NCBI GenBank assembly: GCA_965202895.1
Contig: OZ241901.1
Coordinates: 3,850,770-3,914,769, forward strand
Reading direction: 5' to 3'
DNA from: Gammaproteobacteria bacterium
GTDB lineage: Bacteria; Pseudomonadota; Gammaproteobacteria; HK1
DNA length: 64,000 bases
The translations under genes and the position numbers were made by a program. Of the stretch, positions 32,801-39,708 are shown piece after piece; the first letter of the stretch is position 1; every line of letters starts with the position of its first letter. The notes under the pieces were generated by a model. That model searched no databases. It saw nothing but the letters and a program-made list of their open reading frames with translations, and was not told the DNA's origin.

Positions 32801-33291
32801 TGCCCCACCCCGAACGCGGGTCCGAGGACGTGCGGCGCCTGAAGCCGAACCCCGAGACCGAGACGACGGCGATGGAGGTCGTCATGGAGTACGAGAGGGA
32901 GCAAGGACGGCAGGTCTACGACGTCCACAGGGAGAACCTCGGCTACGACGTGACCAGCCTCGATCTCGCGTCGGGCGAGCTGCGGCTGATCGAGGTGAAG
33001 GGGCTGGCCGCCCCGGCCGGGAGCATCCTGCTGACGCCGAACGAGCGCCGGGTGGCCGAGGATCGGCGCGACTGCTACTGGCTCTACGTGGTGACGGGCT
33101 GTGCGGCGGAGCCCGAGCTGCAGGAACCGATCAGGGACCCCGCCCGGTTCCCGTGGCATGAGGTCAGGAAGGTGCAGCACTACCGGCTGGACGTGGATGC
33201 GATGCGCGGGGGTCGGCCCGAAGCCGGCGCCGGCCGGGGGGCGACCGATCGATCCCGCCGCGCCGGAACCACCGGAAGGGGCGCGCCATGA
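29818..33291 (+). CDS. SNF2-family helicase with C-terminal DUF3883 (PD-(D/E)xK-like) domain
   Basis: LPHQLEAV...LADDAGAGKT (motif I), VIVDEAHR (motif II), LLLTATPHKG, then the helicase C-terminal region (LIATEAAGEGINLQ...WNPNRLEQRMGRIHRYGQ). The C-terminus is GYDVTSLDL...LRLIEVKG...LTPNERRVAE...YWLYVV. ATG 29818 is in frame in ORF 29482..33291. Confidence 0.9.
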   Translation: MNGNPPLFEGQVLTGELFDEPMRIETIHANGPGAWDAGLVGVRSERFRRVTLTAEDVASLTVTDRTLSYDGDARLLRLGLQAYSLGIAYEFDPFFGLSISRVDPLPHQLEAVYEHLLKLPAVRFLLADDAGAGKTVMAGLLVRELKLRGLAERILVVCPANLAFQWQRELKEKFDEKFLVFKGGDVREQFGVNQWLEQKQIVTSLDLAKRGDVLPGLRQAHWDLVIVDEAHRMSARDEAHKSQRYRLGELLRDRADHILLLTATPHKGDPQNFTLFLQLLDRDAYADVRSIRKAMERQRAPFYLRRTKEAMIHFPERRADGRWAARPVFTKRIPRTASFAIDGAELDLYREVTQFVKRQSRRAAERQDDPRARAVGFLMSLYQRRLASSTCAMRRSLEKRAERLEDGLARAEDLVRTAPPGLPDPEDLDEMEDAERERIERQLDAVTLAGNAAQVREEVAELRQLAAKAKEVEGSDGEEKLGRLEKIMREEGFFDRPDQRLLLFTEFTDTLRYLMGRLERWGFRVGCIHGGMKPGSRDEPGTRLYAEQRFREGAIQVLIATEAAGEGINLQCCHVLFNYDIPWNPNRLEQRMGRIHRYGQRQDCLIFNFVAANTIEGRVLDRLLAKLQEIRDALDDDAVFNVVGEVLPGAQVERVLRDYYAGRLGDADLEDRLLKDVDEAHFRSICRTALEGLASKKLDLEMLVERRARAQERRVVPETIARFMRESARDAGLPLEPVGSLPHAFEPGRTPAALKAFEREASGKTASLADRYPRLSTDRETAEEHDLEWVTPGHPLFEALRRCSLARGRDAFSRGACFHSLEHEAPARLDFYRARFVDGLGRTIHERLFTVELVQGRAPALRAPDVLGDLSPAATPPGVPPPSIASSPEETPWLNENALMRLLREVRRERAAEVERIAGHVDLSLTEVLQRTDEEIGRASVDVEKGVAGAEGRLVQAEARHSEVLARRERRRKELGQQRAVTLQGVERMASALVLPHPERGSEDVRRLKPNPETETTAMEVVMEYEREQGRQVYDVHRENLGYDVTSLDLASGELRLIEVKGLAAPAGSILLTPNERRVAEDRRDCYWLYVVTGCAAEPELQEPIRDPARFPWHEVRKVQHYRLDVDAMRGGRPEAGAGRGATDRSRRAGTTGRGAP

Positions 33292-33334
33292 ACCAAGCGC
33301 CTGAGCCCGCACGTGTGCGTTCCATCGCCAGGAT

Positions 33335-33590
33335 CGTTTCACGCTGCGGAATCGGTTCGCGGGGGTGAACCCGGTTCGGTCGAATCGGAGCGGCGAAGGT
33401 CCGGGGAACGGCGCCTCCCACGGATGCGGGCGTCCTCCGAACGCTTGTGTCCCGCCCGCAAATGGGGCGGCAAGACCGCCGCCGATCGATGCGGGCGAGA
33501 CACAAGCGTCCGGAGGACGCGCCGTTCCCAGGAAGAGCGGTGGGTATCGATGCCTGGCCGCGAGTCGGTCGGCGTGAAAGGGCCTTGGTT
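33335..33590 (-). repeat. type-2 composite palindromic element (inverted)
   Basis: cgtttcacgctgcggaatcggttcgcggggg...central hairpin cgaacgcttgtgtcccgcccgca...tgcgggcgagacacaagcgtccg...gtcggcgtgaaaggg. Confidence 0.7.
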
Positions 33591-33672
33591 CCATCGCGCG
33601 ACGGGGCGCCTCTGCGGTGCGGTGTAAGGCGTATGATGGCGGGGGTCCGTTTCCCACCGGGACACACTCGCC

Positions 33673-34419
33673 ATGAGCGCCCCCGCCACCATGCACACCG
33701 GCCCCCTCGGCTCCACCATCCACGTCCTCCGCGCCGACGCCGACACCATCGCCGAGCTCGCCGCCATCGACTGGAACCGCTGCTTCCGCCGGGTCTGCCT
33801 CGATCCGGTGCGCGGGATCATCACCCTGATGGCGCCTTCGTTCCGCCACGAAGACCTGTCTGAAATCATCGGCAACGTCGTGGACGATGTGGGGGACGCC
33901 ATCACCAGCGCCACGAAGGGGATCCGCAGCACCCGGCTTCGCGGGCGGGGCGAGCCGCCCGGCACGGGGATGGAGCCCGACTGCGCGTTCTACGTCGGCG
34001 AGCGCGCCAGAGGCTTTTACGTGGCCCGCGCCGAAGGGGAGGCGGCAGCCGACGCCTTCGTCGAGCGCACTGCGCCCGACTTGGTGGTGGAGGTCGAGAT
34101 CACGCACGCCGACGAGGGAAAGGCCGAGCGCTACGGCCAGATGGGGGTGCGGGAGCTGTGGCGGCTGCATGGGCGCAGAGGGACGAGGGAGCTGCGGGCG
34201 GACTTTCTGGCCCTGGGTCCCGGGAGGGCGCCGCGCCGGCTCGGCGCCTCGGTGGTGCTGGAAGGGCTGACCCCGGATGACGTCTGCGAGGCGGTGGAAG
34301 AGGTCGGGGCCGGCGAGACCCGCCGCCAACGGGCGGAGGCGGTGGCCCGCATCGTGCGCCGTCGGCGGCAGGCGAGCGCGCGGGTGCGGGAGGAGGCGGC
34401 GGCGTACTCCGTCCACTGA
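33673..34419 (+). CDS. Uma2 (DUF820) family putative PD-(D/E)xK endonuclease, paralog 1
   Basis: ...ITLMAPSFRHEDL..., GMEPDCAFYVG, APDLVVEVEITHADEGKAERYGQMGVRELWRLH. The pattern is the Uma2 signature (P..H / E-PD / D-x-V-E-V / K..Y...GV.EYW). Confidence 0.8.
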   Translation: MSAPATMHTGPLGSTIHVLRADADTIAELAAIDWNRCFRRVCLDPVRGIITLMAPSFRHEDLSEIIGNVVDDVGDAITSATKGIRSTRLRGRGEPPGTGMEPDCAFYVGERARGFYVARAEGEAAADAFVERTAPDLVVEVEITHADEGKAERYGQMGVRELWRLHGRRGTRELRADFLALGPGRAPRRLGASVVLEGLTPDDVCEAVEEVGAGETRRQRAEAVARIVRRRRQASARVREEAAAYSVH

Positions 34420-34485
34420 GGCGAGCGCGAGCCGCCGATCCTGCGAAGAAGACGGCGCCGGAAGGGGCGCGCCACGAAGAAAACG

Positions 34486-34803
34486 CCCCGGGCGCTGTTT
34501 GCAACCTCTTGATATAGCGGGTGGAGGTCGGGGGTCGAGATATTTTTTACCCTACGGGGACGGGCTGACTCCACGGTTTCGGGGCGGTTCGTGGGTCTGG
34601 TTAGCGGATTTCACCTCACGGAGCCGCTTGCGCGGGCACGGCGTCCTGGGAACGCTTGTGTCCCGCCCGCATTTTCTTCCGGGCGTATCGCTCTCGTGCG
34701 GGCGGGACACCCGCGTCTGGAAGACGCGCCGTTCCCAGGACGCCGTGCCCAAGAACGTTCGCGAGAGGCGTGTTTGGCGAAAGCCCCACAGCGCACATGC
34801 CTC
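34486..34803 (+). repeat. type-1 MITE-like repeat, copy D
   Basis: Full-length copy located in the spacer between Uma2 paralogs 1 and 2. Confidence 0.75.
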
Positions 34804-34879
34804 ATCGCACGGCGGGGCCTACGCGGTGCGGTGGAAGGCGTATGATGGGGGGTCCGCTTCCCACCGGGACACACTCGCC

Positions 34880-35620
34880 ATGAACGCCCCCGCCACCATG
34901 CACACCGGCCCCCTCGGCTCCACCATCCACGTCCTCCACGCCGACGCCGGCACCATCGCCGAGCTGGCCGCCATCGACTGGAACCGCTGTTTCCGCCGGG
35001 TCTGCCTCGACCCGGTGCGCGGGATCATCACCCTGATGGCGCCTTCGTTCCGCCACGACGATCTGGCCAGGATCCTGGACGATATCGTGGACATTGCCGG
35101 GAGTGCGACCGCCGGCGTATCGAAGGGGATCCGCAGCACCCGGCTTCGGGGACGGGGCGAGCCGCCCGGCACGGGGATGGAGCCCGATTGCGCGTTCTAC
35201 GTCGGCGAGCGCGCCAGAGGCTTCTACGCGGCCCGCGCCGAAGGGGAGGCGGCCGCCTTCGTCGAACGGACCGCGCCCGACCTGGTGGTGGAGGTCGAGA
35301 TCACGCACGCCGACGAGGGCAAGGCCGAACGCTACGGTGAGATGGGGGTGCGGGAGCTGTGGCGGCTGCATGGCCGCAAGGAGACGAGGGAGCTGCGGGC
35401 GGACTTCCTCGCCCTGGGTCCCGGGAGCGCGCCGCGCCGGCTCGACACCTCGGTGGTGCTGGAGGGGCTGACCCCGGATGACGTCTGCGAGGCGGTGGAA
35501 GAGGTCGGGGCCGGCCAGACCCACAGCCAACGGGCGGAGGCGGTGGCCCGCATCGTGCGCCGTCGGCGGCAGGCGAGCGCGCGGGTGCGGGAGGAGGCGG
35601 CGGCGTACTCCGTCCACTGA
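34880..35620 (+). CDS. Uma2 (DUF820) family putative endonuclease, paralog 2
   Basis: MNAPATMHTGPLGSTIHVLHADAGT... It is collinear with paralog 1. The ATG is in frame in ORF 34277..35620. Confidence 0.8.
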   Translation: MNAPATMHTGPLGSTIHVLHADAGTIAELAAIDWNRCFRRVCLDPVRGIITLMAPSFRHDDLARILDDIVDIAGSATAGVSKGIRSTRLRGRGEPPGTGMEPDCAFYVGERARGFYAARAEGEAAAFVERTAPDLVVEVEITHADEGKAERYGEMGVRELWRLHGRKETRELRADFLALGPGSAPRRLDTSVVLEGLTPDDVCEAVEEVGAGQTHSQRAEAVARIVRRRRQASARVREEAAAYSVH

Positions 35621-35786
35621 GGCGAGCGTGAGACACCGATCCTGCGAGGAAGACGGCGTCGGAAGGGGCGCGCCATGAACGAAGGGCCTGAACACGCACG
35701 TGTGCGTTCCATCGCGCGGCGGCGCTTGCGCGGTGCGGTGGAAGGCGTATGATGGCGAGTGTCCGTTTCCCGCCGGGACCCCCGCC

Positions 35787-36527
35787 ATGAACGCCCCCGC
35801 CACCATGCACACCGGCCCCCTCGGCTCCACCATCCACGTCCTCCACGCCGACGCCGGCACCATCGCCGAGCTCGCCGCCATCGACTGGAACCGCTGTTTC
35901 CGCCGGGTCTGCCTCGACCCGGTGCGCGGGATCATCACCCTGATGGCGCCCTCCCGTCTCCATGAGGACCTGTCCGAGATTCTCGGTGACATCGTGAAAG
36001 GCGCGGGAAACGCCATCGCCACCAAGAGCATCGGCAGCACCCGGCTTCGGGGACGGGGCGAGCCGCCCGGTACGGGGATGGAGCCCGATTGCGCGTTCTA
36101 CGTCGGCGAGCGCGCCAGAGGCTACTACGCGGTCCAGGCCGAAGGGGAAGCGGCCCTGGACGCCTTCGTTGAGCGCACCGCGCCCGACCTGGTGGTCGAG
36201 GTCGAGATCACGCACGTCGATGAGAGCAAGATCGAGCGATACGGTGAGATAGGGGTGCGGGAGCTGTGGCGGTTGCACGGGCGCAGAGGGACGAGGGAGC
36301 GGCGGGCGGATTTCCTCGCCCTGCGGGCCGGGAGGGCGCCGCGCCGGCTCGACGCCTCGATGGTGCTGGAAGGGCTGACCCCGGATGACGTCTGCGAGGC
36401 GGTGGAAGCGGTCGGGACCAGCCTGACCCACGACCAACGGACGGAGGCGGTGGCCCGAATCGTGCGCCGTCGGCGGCAGGCGAGCGTGCGGGTGCGGGAG
36501 GAGGCGGCGGCGTACTCCGTCCACTGA
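35787..36527 (+). CDS. Uma2 (DUF820) family putative endonuclease, paralog 3
   Basis: Same architecture as paralogs 1 and 2. The ATG is in frame in ORF 35700..36527. Confidence 0.8.
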   Translation: MNAPATMHTGPLGSTIHVLHADAGTIAELAAIDWNRCFRRVCLDPVRGIITLMAPSRLHEDLSEILGDIVKGAGNAIATKSIGSTRLRGRGEPPGTGMEPDCAFYVGERARGYYAVQAEGEAALDAFVERTAPDLVVEVEITHVDESKIERYGEIGVRELWRLHGRRGTRERRADFLALRAGRAPRRLDASMVLEGLTPDDVCEAVEAVGTSLTHDQRTEAVARIVRRRRQASVRVREEAAAYSVH

Positions 36528-36593
36528 AACGAGCGCGACCCGCCGGTCATGCGAAGAAGATGGCTTTGGAAGGGGCGCGCCATGAAGAAGGAG

Positions 36594-36911
36594 CCCCGGG
36601 CGCTGTTTGTAACCTATTGATATAGCGGGTGGAGATCGGGGTCGAGATATTCTTTACCCCCACGGAGACGGCGTTCTTCCGTGGTTTGGGTTCGGTTCGA
36701 GGGGGTTGCTGGCGGATTTCACCCCGCGGAGCCGCTTGCGCGGGCACGGCGTCCTGGGAACGCTTGTGTCCCGCCCGCATTTTCTTCCGGGTGCATCGCT
36801 CTCGTGCGGGCGGGACGCCCGCGTCTGGAAGACGCGCCGTTCCCAGGATGCCGTGCCCAAGAACGTTCGCGAGAGGCGTGTTTGGCGAAAGCCCCACAGC
36901 GCACATGCCTC
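36594..36911 (+). repeat. type-1 MITE-like repeat, copy E
   Basis: Full-length copy located in the spacer between Uma2 paralogs 3 and 4. Confidence 0.75.
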
Positions 36912-36988
36912 ATCGCACGGCGGCGCCTTCCGCGGTGCGGTGGAAGGCGTATGATGGCGGGTGTCCGTTTCCCACCGGGACCCCCGGC

Positions 36989-37735
36989 ATGAACGCCCCC
37001 GCCACCATGCACACCGGCCCCCTCGGCTCCACCATCCACGTCCTCCACGCCGACGCCGGCACCATCGCCGAGCTCGCCGCCATCGACTGGAACCGCTGTT
37101 TCCGCCGGGTCTGCCTCGACCCGGTGCGCGGGATCATCACCCTGATGGCGCCATCGTTCCCCCACGACGACCTGTCCGAAATCATCGGCGACGTCGTGAA
37201 AGACGCGGGAAGCGCCATCGCCGGCGTCATCAAGAGCATCGGCAGCACCCGGCTTCGGGGACGGGGCGAGCCGCCCGGCACGGGGATGGAGCCCGACTGC
37301 GCGTTCTACGTCGGCGAGCGCGCCAGAGGCTTTTATGCGGCCCGCGCCGATGGGGATGCGGCGGCCCTCGCCTTCGTCGAGCGCACCGCGCCCGACCTGG
37401 TGGTCGAGGTCGAGATCACGCATGTCGATGAGAGCAAGATCGAGCGCTACGGTGAGATGGGGGTGCGGGAGCTGTGGCGGTTGCACGGGCGCAAAGGGAC
37501 GAGGGAGCTGCGGGCGGACTTCCTCGCCCTGCGGGCCGGGAACGATCCGCGCCGGCTCGACGCTTCGGTGGTGCTGGAAGGACTGACCCCGGATGACGTC
37601 TGCGAGGCGGTAAAGGCGGTCGGGGACAGCCAGGCCCGCGACCAACAGACGGAGGCGGTGGCCCGCATCGTGCGCCGGCGGCGGCAGGCGAGCGCGCGGG
37701 TGCGGGAGGAGGCTGCGGCGTACTCCGTCCACTGA
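36989..37735 (+). CDS. Uma2 (DUF820) family putative endonuclease, paralog 4
   Basis: Same architecture as the other paralogs. The ATG is in frame in ORF 36629..37735. Confidence 0.8.
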   Translation: MNAPATMHTGPLGSTIHVLHADAGTIAELAAIDWNRCFRRVCLDPVRGIITLMAPSFPHDDLSEIIGDVVKDAGSAIAGVIKSIGSTRLRGRGEPPGTGMEPDCAFYVGERARGFYAARADGDAAALAFVERTAPDLVVEVEITHVDESKIERYGEMGVRELWRLHGRKGTRELRADFLALRAGNDPRRLDASVVLEGLTPDDVCEAVKAVGDSQARDQQTEAVARIVRRRRQASARVREEAAAYSVH

Positions 37736-37913
37736 GGCGAGCGCGACCCGCACCCTGTACAATCGACGGACCTCGGGCGCACGGGGTGCTGAAGAAGATG
37801 GAATCGAAGGAGGTTCTCCGCCGTGTGCCGAAACCATCGGAAGGGGCGCTCGCCACGAGCGGAATACCCCCCCGACCCGTACCATGACCAACCAACCACG
37901 GAGGCCAGGAGAC

Positions 37914-38120
37914 ATGGCTGATCACATACTGACGACCCGCGCGGTCCGACGACCGTACCAGACCTTCCCTGCCATGCCGGATCACGTTCGGTATGATCCC
38001 GGAAGGGGTTATTGGCTCAAAGACGGAGAGCCGCTGGTCGCTGCGCCCGATTTCTTGAGCGACATTTCCAACAGCAAGAAGTGTGATCAGGAAACAGGAG
38101 AGGATCAGAAAGGCGAATGA
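37914..38120 (+). CDS. small ORF (68 aa; 78 aa from ATG 37884), candidate substrate/precursor peptide of the downstream ATP-grasp
   Basis: GGAGG (37900-37904) lies 9 nt before ATG 37914. The stop overlaps the next start (ATGA at 38117-38120). The C-terminal tail FLSDISNSKKCDQETGEDQKGE is rich in Ser/Thr, Lys and Asp/Glu. There is no homology evidence. Confidence 0.4.
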   Translation: MADHILTTRAVRRPYQTFPAMPDHVRYDPGRGYWLKDGEPLVAAPDFLSDISNSKKCDQETGEDQKGE

Positions 38121-39079
38121 ATCCCCGTGTTCTCATACTTTCAGGCCTGTACGATTTTTCGGCGGACCTCGTTGCCTTGCGGCTGCGACACAGCGGAGCG
38201 CCTTATATCCGCCTGAATAGAGAACAGCTTGCCGATCATTCACTTACGCTCGATCCCCTCGTCCCCGAGCTGACCATACGTGGCCCGGCAGGCACCTGCA
38301 ACGTGGGTCAGGATCTGCGATCCATCTGGTTCCGCCAACCCGTTTTCTTGCGAAATACCCCTCCGACCCCGCTTTCGCTCCAGGATCAGTTTGAACGTTC
38401 TCAATGGACGGCCTTTCTTCGGGCGCTATGTGTCTTCCGCGACGCGGCTTGGATGAATTTTCCGGCCGCCACGTATCTTGCGGAATCCAAACCGTATCAG
38501 CTATCCATTGCATCCAGTTGCGGATTTCAGGTTCCGGAAACGCTGGTGACCAACGATGCACATCGCATCCGTAGCGCGTTTCCAGGAACTCTCGTCATCA
38601 AATCGCTGGACACGGTGTTGCTGCGTGATGGAGACGACTGTCTGTTCACCTATACGACCCTGGATCCGGAAAATGAATTAACGGAAGAAAACATCAATAC
38701 GGCGCCCCTGCTCGCACAATATGCCTTGGAAGACAAGATCGATCTGCGAGTCACCGTGATCGGCGATGAGATATTCGCGGTCCGTATACTTTCGCATGGA
38801 TCCGGGATTCCCGGCGACTGGCGTTTGATACCGAAAGCCGATCTTGAATACGAGGACTTTGCGCCGACCGAAGATATGGCTCGATGCTGCTTCCTGTTGA
38901 CACGCCGTCTTGGTCTTTCCTTTTCCGCCATCGATCTGATTGAAACCACCCAAGGGATATTTTTCATCGAAGTCAATCCTACCGGGGAATGGGGATGGCT
39001 ATCAACGCCTGAGCGGCCAATGGATCGCGCCATAGCTTCCTGGCTGGAGAATCCTTCCTGTGCGAAGGAGTGGAGCTGA
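38117..39079 (+). CDS. ATP-grasp enzyme, microviridin-type (MdnB/C, MvdC/D-like) peptide ligase family
   Basis: 320 aa. The segments ESKPYQLSIASSCGFQVPETLVTND, DLRVTVIGDEIFAV, GDWR and FSAIDLIETTQGIFFIEVNPTGEWGWL match, from memory, the conserved blocks of graspetide maturases (..LRITIVG..IF.., DWR, AIDMI....IFLEINPVGEF.WL). The gene lies in AT-richer DNA. Confidence 0.85.
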   Translation: MNPRVLILSGLYDFSADLVALRLRHSGAPYIRLNREQLADHSLTLDPLVPELTIRGPAGTCNVGQDLRSIWFRQPVFLRNTPPTPLSLQDQFERSQWTAFLRALCVFRDAAWMNFPAATYLAESKPYQLSIASSCGFQVPETLVTNDAHRIRSAFPGTLVIKSLDTVLLRDGDDCLFTYTTLDPENELTEENINTAPLLAQYALEDKIDLRVTVIGDEIFAVRILSHGSGIPGDWRLIPKADLEYEDFAPTEDMARCCFLLTRRLGLSFSAIDLIETTQGIFFIEVNPTGEWGWLSTPERPMDRAIASWLENPSCAKEWS

Positions 39080-39084
39080 TTCCG

Positions 39085-39708
39085 ATGCGTATTCCTCGGT
39101 TTCTTGAAGAGATATTCCCCTTTGTCAGTTATCTCGTATACTCTCGCCGCCTGAGACGACGTAGTGAATCGGGAGAAATCCTGAGCGAGAGAGAATTCAA
39201 AAACTACATCGATCTTTCCGAAGACATGATCAAGGAAAGATTGAAGGAGGAACACCAGCGGGCGTCGACGATGGATGAGAAGACATCGAAGTTGACGTTT
39301 TCAATTTCCATGGCACTGACTTTCGTTGGAGCCGCGGTAGTCTTCTTGAAAAATACCATATCTCCCGTCGCTATGCAGGCCGGTCTTTCCGTGCTGATAA
39401 ATTCCCTGATCTTCCTCGGTTTGTTTTATAGCACAATGGCTGGTCTGGTGGCGCTGGGCGCGCTGCGTACTGCGCCCCGGCACGGTTACGGCACCCAATT
39501 CTTGCTGGAACAGAATAAGCCCATGAATGAGAAATTGGCGGAATCCCTTGCTCGTCAGGAAGTCATCAACCTTGTTCGGCATTTACGCAATGAAGCAGCC
39601 TTTCAGTGTTTGAGAAACGGTCTTTTGCTCTTTATCGTAGTGATCATGATGTTTACGGGAATTTTCGTATGGCGGTTTCTTTCTGCGTTCTCATTGAGCA
39701 TTAGTTGA
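39085..39708 (+). CDS. multi-pass membrane protein (hypothetical; effector- or transporter-like)
   Basis: GGAG lies 8 nt before ATG 39085, and the track gives GTG 39070 as an alternative start. The N-terminal ~65 aa are charged and soluble. Hydrophobic segments follow: LTFSISMALTFVGAAVVFL, LSVLINSLIFLGLFYSTMAGLVALGAL and LLLFIVVIMMFTGIFVWRFLSAF. The TGA at 39706-39708 directly abuts the next ATG. Confidence 0.65.
   Translation: MRIPRFLEEIFPFVSYLVYSRRLRRRSESGEILSEREFKNYIDLSEDMIKERLKEEHQRASTMDEKTSKLTFSISMALTFVGAAVVFLKNTISPVAMQAGLSVLINSLIFLGLFYSTMAGLVALGALRTAPRHGYGTQFLLEQNKPMNEKLAESLARQEVINLVRHLRNEAAFQCLRNGLLLFIVVIMMFTGIFVWRFLSAFSLSIS

Noticed and set aside
29836-34416. 1526-aa minus-strand ORF, plus the similar 43204..46188(-), 39691..41508(-), 9541..12297(-), 12424..14871(-), 21350..23425(-) and 59584..62064(-).
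   Set aside because: Each lies antisense to a plus-strand gene with clear family motifs (helicase, DUF499, DUF1156, autotransporter, pheT, phage genes). All have low-complexity Arg/Pro/Gly-rich translations.
35787-36527. Whether the tandem ~1.1-kb repeated units are IS elements or transposase genes.
   Set aside because: The encoded proteins carry Uma2/PD-(D/E)xK motifs, not DDE, HUH or serine-recombinase motifs. The units lack terminal inverted repeats of their own. The pattern fits tandem gene duplication.
37758-37763. TACAAT -10-like hexamer as the promoter of the AT-richer cassette.
   Set aside because: No acceptable -35 lies at 16-18 bp spacing (the sequence there is GC-rich, ggcgag). 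It also lies ~150 bp from the first start codon. It is too weak to call.
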